NCBI GenBank assembly: GCA_036796375.1
Contig: DAIRDA010000001.1
Span: forward strand, 36 to 64,035
DNA length: 64,000 bases
Direction: 5' to 3'
Source: Albibacterium sp.
Lineage (GTDB): Bacteria > Bacteroidota > Bacteroidia > Sphingobacteriales > Sphingobacteriaceae
This document shows, piece by piece, positions 9,772-19,622 of the stretch. Positions within the stretch are counted from its first letter, which is position 1. Every line of letters starts with the position of its first letter. Position numbers and translations under genes: made by a program. The notes below the pieces were generated by a model that searched no databases, was not told the origin of the DNA, and worked only from the letters and a program-made list of their open reading frames with translations.

Positions 9772-10308
9772 ATGGATTATCAACCATTGAATACACAAAA
9801 CAAAAAATCAGCAGGATGGCCTTTATGGCCATTCCTGTTTTTGCTTCTGTTGTTTAGCGCCTGTAAATTCAATCCCAACATTCAGGACAAGGGCGCGGGC
9901 TTTTTGCAGGGTAGCTGGGCAGAAACGCAGGTAGATCATCAGGACAGCCTGCTGCGCTATCAGTTGCACGATTTCCGCTTCGACTGTGATTCCGTGTACA
10001 TCAAGATCAAAACCCACTCAAAAATGAAAATGGAAGCCGACTCCTGCTTCGGAAATGGGGAATGGACGGAATATGCGCGGGGAATTTATATCGTGCGGAA
10101 CGACAGCCTCTTTATTGAAGCGACTTACACCCACGACAACTGGAAGCAGAAACTCAGCGGCTGCCACCATATCGGGCAGTATTTGCCCCGTTTTGCCATT
10201 GCCATGCAAAGCGATGACTCGCTCGAACTCCGTAACTTATACAGCAAAATACCGGTTAAGCTGGCGCGGACAGCCAGCAGTAACTGCGTCCCTAAACAGA
10301 TTTATTAG
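9772..10308 (+). CDS. hypothetical lipoprotein
   Basis: I prefer the ATG at 9772 over the TTG at 9754, which overlaps fumC. A hydrophobic leader ends in LLFSAC (lipobox-like). No domain recognised. Confidence 0.5.
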   Translation: MDYQPLNTQNKKSAGWPLWPFLFLLLLFSACKFNPNIQDKGAGFLQGSWAETQVDHQDSLLRYQLHDFRFDCDSVYIKIKTHSKMKMEADSCFGNGEWTEYARGIYIVRNDSLFIEATYTHDNWKQKLSGCHHIGQYLPRFAIAMQSDDSLELRNLYSKIPVKLARTASSNCVPKQIY

Positions 10309-10885
10309 CCGGAAACTTCCAGATTTTCTGACTGCTGATACAAAAATCAAGAGGAATATCGGTAGGCTCCGCCGGGAGCGAGTCTACCGCCTCAAAAAAA
10401 GAAAGACCTATTTTCAGACAGTCCTGGCGACATCCGGCCAGAAACCGATCGTAAAAGCCCTTCCCGTAGCCTATCCGGTTGCCCTGCCGGTCGAAACCAA
10501 GGAGTGGTACCAGTACCGCATCGAGCTGATGCGGCATAATCGACAGGCCTGAACGCGGTTCTTCAATGCCCCAGTCGTTCACCTCCAGCAAATCGTCTTT
10601 TTCCCACAGGTAATGGTCCATCGTGCCTGCATCCAGATCGGAACGCGAGATCACCAGCTTTATTTCCGGGTAATTAGCACGCAGCCACGCTGCCAGCATA
10701 AGCGTATCCGGTTCCTTCAGGCGCCGGATAGGAAGGAAAATATGCACCCACTGAAGCCCTGTCCATACAAATTGCTTAAACTGTTCCAACAGTGAACCGT
10801 TATAAGCCTGCTCTTCCCGGGCGTCCAGCTGGTTGCGAAGTTCCCGGAATTGCCTGCGATATACGGCCTTGCTTTCAGGGGTCAT
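10292..10885 (-). CDS. 5-formyltetrahydrofolate cyclo-ligase
   Basis: 197 aa with GYGKGFYDRFL, typical of the MTHFS family. Confidence 0.85.
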   Translation of the reverse strand: MTPESKAVYRRQFRELRNQLDAREEQAYNGSLLEQFKQFVWTGLQWVHIFLPIRRLKEPDTLMLAAWLRANYPEIKLVISRSDLDAGTMDHYLWEKDDLLEVNDWGIEEPRSGLSIMPHQLDAVLVPLLGFDRQGNRIGYGKGFYDRFLAGCRQDCLKIGLSFFEAVDSLPAEPTDIPLDFCISSQKIWKFPANKSV

Positions 10886-10905
10886 GGAAAGTGATTAAAG
10901 AAAAT

Positions 10906-11466
10906 CTATTTTACGCGCTCCACATATGAACCCGTACGCGTGTCTATTTTGACCCGGTCACCCTGATTGATAAACAAAGGCACTTTAATTTCCACTCCCG
11001 TTTCTACGGTCGCATTCTTCAGTGCATTGGTAGAGGTATCGCCTTTCACAGCAGGCTCTGTATAGGTAATCTCCAGCTCAACGCTTGTCGGTGCGTTTGC
11101 CATAATCGGCTCGTCACTTTCGAAGGCAACGATAACATTCATGCCTTCCTTCATAAACCTGGCAGTGTCGCCAAACAAATGCTTGGGAATATTGAACTGT
11201 TCGAAAGTTGTGTTATCCATCACCACGAAGAAGTCGCCCTCATCATAGAGGTACTGGTAATCGTTGGTTTCCACCCGGGCAATTTCAACCTCTTCATCGG
11301 TTCTGAAACGATATTCAGCAATTTTTCCCGTTTTCACGTTCCGCATTCTGGCCTGATAGAAGGCACGGAGATTCCCCGGAGTACGGTGAATAAATTCTTC
11401 CACAGTAACCAGTTCGCCATTGAACCTTAAAACATTCCCGGATTTTACATCAGATGCCTTTGCCAT
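10906..11466 (-). CDS. efp: elongation factor P
   Basis: 186 aa. EF-P length and pattern are conserved throughout. Confidence 0.95.
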   Translation of the reverse strand: MAKASDVKSGNVLRFNGELVTVEEFIHRTPGNLRAFYQARMRNVKTGKIAEYRFRTDEEVEIARVETNDYQYLYDEGDFFVVMDNTTFEQFNIPKHLFGDTARFMKEGMNVIVAFESDEPIMANAPTSVELEITYTEPAVKGDTSTNALKNATVETGVEIKVPLFINQGDRVKIDTRTGSYVERVK

Positions 11467-11495
11467 TTTTATAAATTTTAAATTGATTCGTGAAA

Positions 11496-11503
11496 CAAAT
11501 ATA
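11496..11503 (-). promoter_or_regulatory. -7 promoter box TATATTTG (efp)
   Basis: Exact TAnnTTTG on the minus strand, 29 nt upstream of the efp ATG. Confidence 0.5.
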
Positions 11504-11538
11504 GGTATTCCTCTCCAACCGCGAAATAGGGGCCCGAC

Positions 11539-12159
11539 TTACTTATAATCGTGAATATGGAGATGATTATTGCAAAAATTGTATTCATATGTCTGGTTCG
11601 AGCAAATCAGCAGCAGGCGTTCTTTCGCATACGAGTCAATCAGTTGATGGTACCAGTCGATCCCCTGCGTATCGAGGTTCGCTGTAGGCTCGTCAAGGAA
11701 CAGCAAGGGGCTGTCTGAACAGCATGAAAGCACCAACTTGGTGCGCTGTTTCATGCCAGAAGAAAAATGCCGGATTTCCTTGTCGCGCGATGCCGGGAAA
11801 CCCAGTAAATCTATCATGGCCGGAACATCCATCCCCTCGATCGGGCGCTTAAAGCGGAAGTGAAAATCGAAAAGTTCCCTGAGTGTAAATTCCTCAATCA
11901 GCTCCAGATAAGGTGCCGACAAAGAAATGCTTTTGAAAATCTGGTCAACATCGACCGGATGTCCATGCTCAGTATAGGCCAGGGTGCCCGTAGATGGGCT
12001 CAAATTGCCGGCCACAACCTGCAGAAAGGTCGACTTGCCTGAGCCATTGGGGCCCAGAATGGCATAGCTTTCTCCCTGAACAAAGCGGTAGTCGATTTTT
12101 TTAAAAATCCAGTCGCGATTAAACCGTCGTCCGATATTTTCAAGGGAGATTTCGAACAT
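11539..12159 (-). CDS. ABC transporter ATP-binding protein (stand-alone, no permease adjacent)
   Basis: 206 aa with Walker A GPNGSGKST, signature-like FSSGMKQR and Walker B LLFLDEPT. Confidence 0.85.
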   Translation of the reverse strand: MFEISLENIGRRFNRDWIFKKIDYRFVQGESYAILGPNGSGKSTFLQVVAGNLSPSTGTLAYTEHGHPVDVDQIFKSISLSAPYLELIEEFTLRELFDFHFRFKRPIEGMDVPAMIDLLGFPASRDKEIRHFSSGMKQRTKLVLSCCSDSPLLFLDEPTANLDTQGIDWYHQLIDSYAKERLLLICSNQTYEYNFCNNHLHIHDYK

Positions 12160-12166
12160 AAGGCAA

Positions 12167-12964
12167 TTACATTCCGCCCAGCTTGCCCTGACCGAAGCCC
12201 TTCATCACCCCACGGTTTGAACTGCGGATAAAGTCGAGAATTTCATCCCTGATTTCGGTCGGATTATACTCGGTTTCAATAATACCGAGCGCTTTGGAAA
12301 GATTATTATGTTTTACGAAGAGCGTGCGGTAGATATCCTGAATTTCATTGATCTCTTCCGATGAGAAACCGCGCCTGCGCAGCCCTACCGAATTGATACC
12401 CACATAGGCAATTGGCTCTCTGGCCGCCTTCACAAAAGGCGGAACATCCTTCCGTACCAGCGTACCTCCGGCAATGAAAGAATGCGAGCCGATACTGACA
12501 AATTGATGCACGGCCACCATTCCGGCAAGCACCACATAATCGCCGACGGTAATATGACCGGCCAAGGTGCTACTATTCGAAAAAATACAGTTGTCGCCCA
12601 CGACACAATCGTGCGCAATATGGCTATAAGCCTGAATCAGACAGTTTTTACCTACCACCGTCTTCCAGCGGTCTTTCGTCCCGCGGTTGATGGTTACGCA
12701 TTCGCGAATCGTGGTATAGTCGCCTATTTCAGCAGTCGTTTCTTCCCCATCGAATTTAAGGTCCTGCGGAATACCGGATATGACAGCACCGGGAAAAATT
12801 TTACAGCCTTTCCCAATCCGGGCGCCCTCCATAATGGTTACATTGGGACCGATCCAGGTCCCTTCGCCGATTTCCACATTTTTATAAATGGTTACAAAGG
12901 GCTCGATAACCACATTATCGGCAATTTTTGCTTCCGGGTGAATATACGCTAAGGGTTGAATCAT
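12167..12964 (-). CDS. lpxA: acyl-ACP--UDP-N-acetylglucosamine O-acyltransferase
   Basis: 265 aa with hexapeptide repeats. It overlaps the upstream lpxC/fabZ stop by 4 bp. Confidence 0.95.
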   Translation of the reverse strand: MIQPLAYIHPEAKIADNVVIEPFVTIYKNVEIGEGTWIGPNVTIMEGARIGKGCKIFPGAVISGIPQDLKFDGEETTAEIGDYTTIRECVTINRGTKDRWKTVVGKNCLIQAYSHIAHDCVVGDNCIFSNSSTLAGHITVGDYVVLAGMVAVHQFVSIGSHSFIAGGTLVRKDVPPFVKAAREPIAYVGINSVGLRRRGFSSEEINEIQDIYRTLFVKHNNLSKALGIIETEYNPTEIRDEILDFIRSSNRGVMKGFGQGKLGGM

Positions 12965-14373
12965 GACGGGGTTTCGTTATCTTTTATTTTCGTAATCTGG
13001 GCCATCATTTCGGCTTCCACGACTACCTTCTCGCCCACCATACCTACGCCTTTCATCTGGGCAATACCTCTTCGTATGGGTTCCATTAAGTCGCAACGGA
13101 ATACAATGGTATCTCCCGGGGTTACCTGAGCCCGGAAGCGGACGTTATCAATCTTTAAGAATAAAGTAATATAGTTTTTCGGATCGGGAACAGTGCTTAA
13201 AACGAGGATACCCCCGGTTTGTGCCATCGCCTCAATCTGGATAACGCCAGGAAAAACCGGTGTTCCGGGAAAATGTCCCTGAAACAGATTCTCGTTCATC
13301 GTGACGTTTTTAACGCCGACAACATGCGTCTTAGACAATTCCAGAATCTTGTCTATAAAAAGGAACGGCTGCCGGTGTGGCAGGATATCCATAATCTGAA
13401 CCACATCGTACAGCGGTACGGCCGAAGGGTCGTATATATGTACTTTTTTCTTATTTCTGTCTTTTTTAATCGCCGCTTTAATGCGCTTAGCGAAGGCTAC
13501 ATTCGCCGCATGGCCCGGGCGTGCCGCCATGATATGCCCTTTCAGGGGAACACCAATCAATGCCAGGTCGCCGATCATATCCAGCAGTTTATGCCGTGCC
13601 GGCTCGTTCTGATAACGAAGTTCTATGTTGTTCAGAATGCCTTCTTTGGCAACCTGAATATCCTCACGGTTAAAGAGCTTGGCCAGTGACGACAATTCAT
13701 CGTCGCTCACATCCTTGTCAACCACCACAATAGCGTTGTTTAAATCGCCGCCCTTAATCAGATTGTGTTCAACCAGGCTTTCAAGTTCGTGAAGGAAACA
13801 GAATGTACGTGAGCTGGCTATCTCCTCCTGAAATTCATCGATATTGGATATAGATGCATGCTGACTTCCCAAAACCGGTGAGTTGTAGTCAATCATGCAG
13901 GTCAGCCGATAGCCGTCGAGCGGCATGGCCACCATTTCGACCTTCCGATCTTCTTCGGTATAATGAATATTATGGGGAATAACGTAATACTCGCGGTCGA
14001 GTTCCTGCTGAACGAAACCCGCTTTTTCAAGCGCTTCCGTAAAAAAAGAAGAACTGCCGTCCATTATCGGAACTTCCGGACCGTCAATTTCAATCAGAAC
14101 ATTATCAATTTCCATTCCCACCAGTGCCGCCAGCAAATGCTCGATCGTACTCACACTCGCACCGTTCTGCGAAATGGTGGTACCCCGCGACGTATCGCTT
14201 ACATTATCAACATCTGCATCAATAATCGGGCTTCCGTCCAGATCAATACGCTGAAATTTAAAACCGTGATTATCGGGGGCAGGTTTGAAATGAAGGGAAG
14301 CTGGTTTTCCGGTATGCAGTCCCACACCGGATATACTGATCTCATTCTTGATTGTTCTCTGTTTTACGTTCAT
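12961..14373 (-). CDS. lpxC: bifunctional UDP-3-O-acyl-GlcNAc deacetylase / 3-hydroxyacyl-ACP dehydratase (LpxC-FabZ fusion)
   Basis: 470 aa. The N-terminal GVGLHTGK matches LpxC. The C-terminal LPHRQPFLFIDKI and the hotdog region match FabZ. This fusion is typical of Bacteroidota. Confidence 0.95.
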   Translation of the reverse strand: MNVKQRTIKNEISISGVGLHTGKPASLHFKPAPDNHGFKFQRIDLDGSPIIDADVDNVSDTSRGTTISQNGASVSTIEHLLAALVGMEIDNVLIEIDGPEVPIMDGSSSFFTEALEKAGFVQQELDREYYVIPHNIHYTEEDRKVEMVAMPLDGYRLTCMIDYNSPVLGSQHASISNIDEFQEEIASSRTFCFLHELESLVEHNLIKGGDLNNAIVVVDKDVSDDELSSLAKLFNREDIQVAKEGILNNIELRYQNEPARHKLLDMIGDLALIGVPLKGHIMAARPGHAANVAFAKRIKAAIKKDRNKKKVHIYDPSAVPLYDVVQIMDILPHRQPFLFIDKILELSKTHVVGVKNVTMNENLFQGHFPGTPVFPGVIQIEAMAQTGGILVLSTVPDPKNYITLFLKIDNVRFRAQVTPGDTIVFRCDLMEPIRRGIAQMKGVGMVGEKVVVEAEMMAQITKIKDNETPS

Positions 14374-14412
14374 TCTTTCAAGCTCTTGGCTAAAGGTCCA
14401 TTAAGATTAAAG

Positions 14413-15441
14413 TTACTTTTTATTTATTAGCTTTTCTAATTCAGCTATTCGTTTCTCGAGGGCAGGTAAACGCTGCATGGTTACATGTATACGCATTTGG
14501 GATGCGTAATGGGTTGCCGGGCTCCCCGCCCATTTCTTATCCTGTTCAGTAATGGAACGGTTAATTCCCGATTGCGCCTGAACCTGCGATCCGTTAGCGA
14601 TGCTGATATGACCTGCTATACCGACCTGACCTCCAAGCACCACGCGGTCACCAATTTTGGTACTTCCCGATACGCCGGTCTGCGCCGCGATAACGGTATG
14701 CTCGCCGATCTCCACATTATGAGCCAGCTGAATCAGGTTATCCAGTTTCACACCCTGCCCGATCCGCGTTGACCCCAGGGTAGCCCGGTCGATGGTGGTA
14801 TTGGCGCCAATCTCGACATCGTCGGCAATGACTACATTCCCAATCTGGCTGACTTTCTTGTAGCTGCCGTCGTCCTGCGGGGCGAAACCAAATCCGTCGC
14901 TGCCTACGATAGCTCCCGCATGAACGATTACTCCTTTGCCCAATACACAATCATGGTATATTTTCGCGCCCGGATAAATGAGGCAGTTCTCACCCACCTG
15001 CACCTGGTCGCCCAGGTAGCTGTGCGGATAAATCTTACTCCCGTCACCCACCCTGGATCCGGCACCGATATAGCTGAAGGCGCCGATATAGACGTCTTTC
15101 CCAATGGTTGCGGTGGGATGGATAAAAGAAGGCTCTTCAATGCCTTTTTTGTCTAAACGAAGTTTATTATAAGCTTCCAGAAGGATGGAAAAAGCCGTAT
15201 AGGCATTTTTGACACGTATAAGTGTTGCCTGAACGGGCTTTTTAATTTGCAGATCCTCGTTAACGATGATTACGGAAGCACGGGAAGAATACAAGTGTAC
15301 TTCGTATTTAGGATTGGCTAGAAATGAAATACTGCCAGCTTCCGCCTCTTCGATTTTGGACATCTCATATACCGCTACACCGGCATCCCCTTCCACAGAG
15401 CCCTGTATTATATCACTGATTTGTTGAGCGGTAAATTGCAT
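14413..15441 (-). CDS. lpxD: UDP-3-O-acylglucosamine N-acyltransferase
   Basis: 342 aa with an LpxD N-terminal domain plus a long hexapeptide-repeat region. Confidence 0.95.
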   Translation of the reverse strand: MQFTAQQISDIIQGSVEGDAGVAVYEMSKIEEAEAGSISFLANPKYEVHLYSSRASVIIVNEDLQIKKPVQATLIRVKNAYTAFSILLEAYNKLRLDKKGIEEPSFIHPTATIGKDVYIGAFSYIGAGSRVGDGSKIYPHSYLGDQVQVGENCLIYPGAKIYHDCVLGKGVIVHAGAIVGSDGFGFAPQDDGSYKKVSQIGNVVIADDVEIGANTTIDRATLGSTRIGQGVKLDNLIQLAHNVEIGEHTVIAAQTGVSGSTKIGDRVVLGGQVGIAGHISIANGSQVQAQSGINRSITEQDKKWAGSPATHYASQMRIHVTMQRLPALEKRIAELEKLINKK

Positions 15442-15445
15442 TGTG

Positions 15446-15453
15446 CAAAATTA
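15446..15453 (-). promoter_or_regulatory. -7 promoter box TAATTTTG (lpxD)
   Basis: Exact TAnnTTTG on the minus strand, only 4 nt upstream of the lpxD ATG. Confidence 0.5.
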
Positions 15454-15495
15454 AAATTAATGATTCATTAAATAACGATTCCCTTTTTCAGGGCG

Positions 15496-16737
15496 CTAAA
15501 TTAAGCCTTTTGAACGAAGTTCTTTGGGAAATGAGACAATATATTTTTGTACCTTTTTCGAAAGCACTTCGAGGTTTGACAGATCTGACGCCTGCGTTAT
15601 ATCTTTAATCGTGTTGTTTTTCATCCATATCTTGATACTTCCATCGCCTACCTGATAGGCACTGTTAGAGATGGTTTTTGAGTAGACAAAATATGCCGCT
15701 TCCTCCTCGCTCAGATCGTAATGCCTCATGGCTGCCTGACGGATACGCCCAATCTCTGCCTCCTCAGGCCTGTCGTTCGAGATCAGCACCTGATTAAGCT
15801 GCCGGTTCATTAAACCTCTGCACAGCATCGCCAGCGTCCGGTCCGGGTCATTCGCCCATTCCTTAATGCTTCCCAGAATATCGACATCATCCAGCTGAAC
15901 AAAAATCTCCAGGTGCGAGGGGTCCTTCTCAAAGTCGTCGCGACCAATCCGGGCGGTCAGAAAATGCTTCAGCGCCTTGCCTGCAAAAAGATCGTGGCCC
16001 GAAAGACTCAGCTGCTTGGCACGATGTAAAATTTTCACCAGCATTTGCTCTGCGCTGATGACCGTTTTATGCAGATACACCTGCCAGTACATCAGTCGCC
16101 GCGCAATCAAAAATTTCTCAATGGAATAGATGCCTTTCTCCTCTACCACCAATTCATCGTTGAACACATTCAACATATCGATAATACGATTGAAGCTGAT
16201 GACGCCCTCGGTGACTCCCGTATAGAAGCTATCCCGAATCAGGTAGTCCATCCGGTCGGTATCGAGCTGACTGGACACCAGTTGATGAAGGAAGAACTTT
16301 GGGTACTGATTTCTGAAAATAGCAATGGCCAGGCTCAGGCGGCCGCCGAATTCTTTATTGAGCTCGTCCATTATCCGGCCTGAAAGATATTCGTGCGATA
16401 CCCCTTCGACAATGGAGTGTTCAAGGGAGTGCGAGAAAGGTCCGTGACCGATATCATGCAGCAGGATAGCCACCAGAGCAGCCTCCTCCTCCTCGCTGTC
16501 TATCACAACGCCCTTTCCGCGAAGCGTTTCAATGGCCATCCCCATCAGCCACATCGCACCCAATGCGTGCTGAAAACGGGTGTGCAAGGCCCCCGGATAT
16601 ACCAGATGCGTCAAGCTGACCTGCTTTATATACCTTAGTCGCTGGAAATAAGGATGTTCTATTAAATCAAAGATCAGCCCTTCCGGAATCGAAATAAACC
16701 CGTAGATCGGATCGTTGATTATTTTTTTCTTGTTCAA
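15496..16737 (-). CDS. HD-domain phosphohydrolase (dNTPase/SAMHD1-like family)
   Basis: 413 aa with LLHDIGHGPFSH. It has a TTG start, and an in-frame stop 5 codons upstream leaves no ATG option. Confidence 0.85.
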   Translation of the reverse strand: MNKKKIINDPIYGFISIPEGLIFDLIEHPYFQRLRYIKQVSLTHLVYPGALHTRFQHALGAMWLMGMAIETLRGKGVVIDSEEEEAALVAILLHDIGHGPFSHSLEHSIVEGVSHEYLSGRIMDELNKEFGGRLSLAIAIFRNQYPKFFLHQLVSSQLDTDRMDYLIRDSFYTGVTEGVISFNRIIDMLNVFNDELVVEEKGIYSIEKFLIARRLMYWQVYLHKTVISAEQMLVKILHRAKQLSLSGHDLFAGKALKHFLTARIGRDDFEKDPSHLEIFVQLDDVDILGSIKEWANDPDRTLAMLCRGLMNRQLNQVLISNDRPEEAEIGRIRQAAMRHYDLSEEEAAYFVYSKTISNSAYQVGDGSIKIWMKNNTIKDITQASDLSNLEVLSKKVQKYIVSFPKELRSKGLI

Positions 16738-16787
16738 ATTGAGCGGACTTTAGTGCAAAGGTGCTAATTTTTAAAAAATTAAAAGAA

Positions 16788-16803
16788 TATCAATCGATTG
16801 ATA
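16788..16803. repeat. perfect 16-bp palindrome TATCAATCGATTGATA
   Basis: Read directly. It lies in the 101-bp spacer upstream of the HD-domain gene. Confidence 0.8.
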
Positions 16804-16838
16804 AGACTGTCAGACGAAGAGAATCGTTACAGCAATCC

Positions 16839-17969
16839 TTAAATTTTAATAAAAATTTTGCGGTTGTACATCCACCATACAATGCCTGTCCAGAACAACA
16901 CAAATACAAGCGCGTAGGCAATCGAAGCATTATGCGCGGAGAAATAAGGCGTAAACACAGCCTGGTAGATGCCGTCTTTCAAACTCCTTCCGTCGCCAAG
17001 CTTGATCAGGCCCATGGAGCGAGCCATAATGCCCGACAGAAAGAAAACCGTGATGGCATTTACGCCAAACACCAGAAACACCTTGGTATAGCGCTTGCGG
17101 TCTTGCACATCGATGATCCAATACAGCAGCGCTAGCGTGAGCGTTGCCCATCCACCGGTATACAAGACAAAAGAGCTGGTCCATAACGACTTATTCAGCG
17201 GGAACTGCAGCGACCAAAGCCAACCCAGAATCAGGGCCAGCACACCGTAATAGCATAACCAGGCCACCTTTACCGGCGCCTCTACGTCCTTTCTCCGCAG
17301 GTACGATCCCACCAGCACTCCAAAGAGGCAGGAACCGACGGCGGGCAGGGTGCTTAATATTCCCTCAGGATCCCAGGTTCTGACCGACTTCCAAAGGTGC
17401 GCCTCCCCCAGCAGGCTGCGGTCGAGCCAGGCACCCAGATTGGTTTCTTTACCCAGGTTGGCAGGGCCCACGCCCGGCACGGGCACAAAGGTCATTAACA
17501 GCCAGTAGAACACGAGCACGCCGATACCGATCCATAAAATCGAGCGCTCTTTCCATTTTAGAAAAATCATGGTGGAAATAAAGAAGACGACGGCAATCCG
17601 CTGCAAAACCCCGGGAATGCGAACCACTTCGAAAGCCGCTACCGGATCGGTAAAGACCTGCGGAAACAGCGACAACATCAGGCCCAGTCCGAACAAAATC
17701 AGGGTCCTCCGCAGCGCTTTCAACAACAACTGGCCGTGCCGGCTGCGATCCAGCCGGCTGCTCCCGTACGCATAGGCAATCGACACACCGACAATAAAAA
17801 GGAAAAAAGGAAAAATCAGGTCTGTCGGCGTACAGCCATGCCAATCGGCATGCCGCAGGGGCGGATAAATGGAAGCCCAGCTTCCGGGATTGTTTACCAA
17901 TATCATGGCCGCAACCGTTGCACCCCGAAAGACATCGAGGGATAGAAGACGTTTTGAACTGACTTGCAT
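16839..17969 (-). CDS. polytopic membrane acyltransferase, heparan-alpha-glucosaminide N-acetyltransferase-like (DUF5009/DUF1624)
   Basis: I prefer the ATG at 17969 (MQVSSKRLLSLDVFRGATVAAMILVNNPGSW). The longer ORF to 18080 would overlap porX. Many transmembrane segments. Confidence 0.7.
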   Translation of the reverse strand: MQVSSKRLLSLDVFRGATVAAMILVNNPGSWASIYPPLRHADWHGCTPTDLIFPFFLFIVGVSIAYAYGSSRLDRSRHGQLLLKALRRTLILFGLGLMLSLFPQVFTDPVAAFEVVRIPGVLQRIAVVFFISTMIFLKWKERSILWIGIGVLVFYWLLMTFVPVPGVGPANLGKETNLGAWLDRSLLGEAHLWKSVRTWDPEGILSTLPAVGSCLFGVLVGSYLRRKDVEAPVKVAWLCYYGVLALILGWLWSLQFPLNKSLWTSSFVLYTGGWATLTLALLYWIIDVQDRKRYTKVFLVFGVNAITVFFLSGIMARSMGLIKLGDGRSLKDGIYQAVFTPYFSAHNASIAYALVFVLFWTGIVWWMYNRKIFIKI

Positions 17970-18067
17970 ACACAAAAGAACAACTTTTTTGTTAATCTTT
18001 GTTAAAAAGGGCTGTGCGGGCCAAACATTCTTTAAGTTCGTATATTTAAAGAACAAAATCAACGAGA

Positions 18068-19621
18068 ATGCAAGAAACAAATATATTATGGGCCGACGAT
18101 GAAATCGATTTGCTGAAGCCTCATATACTGCTATTAAATGAGAAAGGCTACTTTGTAAAAACAGTGACCAATGGTCGTGATGCGGTGGAAGCTTTCAAAA
18201 ATGCCTATTTCGACCTGGTTTTTCTCGACGAAAATATGCCCGGACTCACCGGTTTGGAAACACTGGCCGAACTGAAGGCGCTGAATCCGGCCGTGCCTAT
18301 GGTGCTGGTCACCAAAAATGAAGAGGAACACCTGATGGAAGATGCCATCGGAGCCAAAATAGACGATTACCTGATTAAACCGGTCAATCCGAAACAGATA
18401 TTGCTCACTATCAAAAAATTAACGGAAAACAAGCGGCTGGTCAGTGAAAAAACCTCGATCGCCTATCAACAGGACTTTCGTGTACTGGGCATGACCTTAA
18501 ATGATCGCCTCGACCACGAGCAGTGGGCGGAAGTGTATAAAAAACTGGTTTACTGGGAGCTATCGCTCGAAAAGCTGGAGGACGCGGGCATGCACGAAGT
18601 ACTAACCCTCCAGAAGGCAGAAGCCAATGCGCAGTTTGCCAAATTTTTGGAAAACAATTACCTCGACTGGATCAAGAAACCGGAGAGCGCTCCTATTATG
18701 TCGCACCAGCTGTTTGCAAAAAAGCTGTTTCCGTCCATGGAAAAGGAAAAGCCTACCTTCTTCTTTCTGATAGACAACCTTCGGTACGACCAGTGGCGGG
18801 TGATCAATACCATCCTGACCAATTATTTCCGGCTGGATGAGGAAGATCATTACTACAGTATCCTTCCCACGGCAACGCAATATGCCCGGAACGCTATCTT
18901 TAGCGGACTGATGCCACTCGATATGGAGAAACGCTATCCGGATATGTGGCAAAACGACGAAGATGAGGGTGGAAAGAACCTTCATGAAGGCGATTTCATT
19001 GCCGATCAGATCAAACGCATCATGCGGAAAGACTGCAAATTCTCTTATAACAAGATCCTCACACTGGAGCAGGGCCGTGATATTGCCGATAACCTGAGCA
19101 ATCTGATGGACAACGACCTGAACGTACTGGTGTACAACTTTGTCGATATGCTTTCGCATGCGCGTACCGATATGGCCATGATCCGCGAACTGGCAAACGA
19201 CGAGTCGGCCTACCGGTCGCTTACCCTGTCGTGGTTCGAACACTCTCCCCTCCTCGATGCGCTTAAGAAGCTCTCGCAGAAGAATGTCAGGGTAGTTATT
19301 ACTACCGACCACGGCACCATTCGGGTGAAGCACGCCAGCAAAGTGATTGGCGACCGGAATACAAACACCAACCTGCGCTATAAACAAGGTAAAAACCTGA
19401 ATTATATCGCCAAAGATGTGTTTCATATCAAAAATCCGCACGATGCAAAACTGCCGAAGCTCCACGTGAGCTCCAGTTTTATCTTTGCCAAGGAGGATAC
19501 CTATTTCGTTTATCCCAACAACTACAATCAGTTTGTGAATTACTATAATGAAACCTTCCAGCACGGTGGAATATCGATGGAAGAGGTCATCATTCCTTAT
19601 ATCTCCTACAGCACCAAATAA
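18068..19621 (+). CDS. porX: response regulator with CheY receiver and PglZ/alkaline-phosphatase-like domain (PorX type)
   Basis: 517 aa. Receiver motifs are ILWADDEIDLLKP and VFLDENMPGLTG. The long C-terminal domain has the PglZ family pattern. Size and architecture match PorX. Confidence 0.8.
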   Translation: MQETNILWADDEIDLLKPHILLLNEKGYFVKTVTNGRDAVEAFKNAYFDLVFLDENMPGLTGLETLAELKALNPAVPMVLVTKNEEEHLMEDAIGAKIDDYLIKPVNPKQILLTIKKLTENKRLVSEKTSIAYQQDFRVLGMTLNDRLDHEQWAEVYKKLVYWELSLEKLEDAGMHEVLTLQKAEANAQFAKFLENNYLDWIKKPESAPIMSHQLFAKKLFPSMEKEKPTFFFLIDNLRYDQWRVINTILTNYFRLDEEDHYYSILPTATQYARNAIFSGLMPLDMEKRYPDMWQNDEDEGGKNLHEGDFIADQIKRIMRKDCKFSYNKILTLEQGRDIADNLSNLMDNDLNVLVYNFVDMLSHARTDMAMIRELANDESAYRSLTLSWFEHSPLLDALKKLSQKNVRVVITTDHGTIRVKHASKVIGDRNTNTNLRYKQGKNLNYIAKDVFHIKNPHDAKLPKLHVSSSFIFAKEDTYFVYPNNYNQFVNYYNETFQHGGISMEEVIIPYISYSTK

Positions 19622-19622
19622 C

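Noticed and set aside
12482-14430. Three ~155-aa plus-strand ORFs
   Set aside because: Antisense to lpxA and lpxC/fabZ, whose identities are unambiguous.
17970-18080. N-terminal extensions proposed by longest-ORF logic. They occur here and at 19548-19622, 19928-20101, 26379-26435, 32463-32480, 32483-32551, 33825-33905, 45781-45804, 56217-56276, 58512-58637 and 60245-60253.
   Set aside because: The extensions overlap neighbouring genes or promoter boxes, use TTG or GTG codons, and add residues absent from the conserved N-termini of the families. Internal ATG starts give canonical protein lengths.
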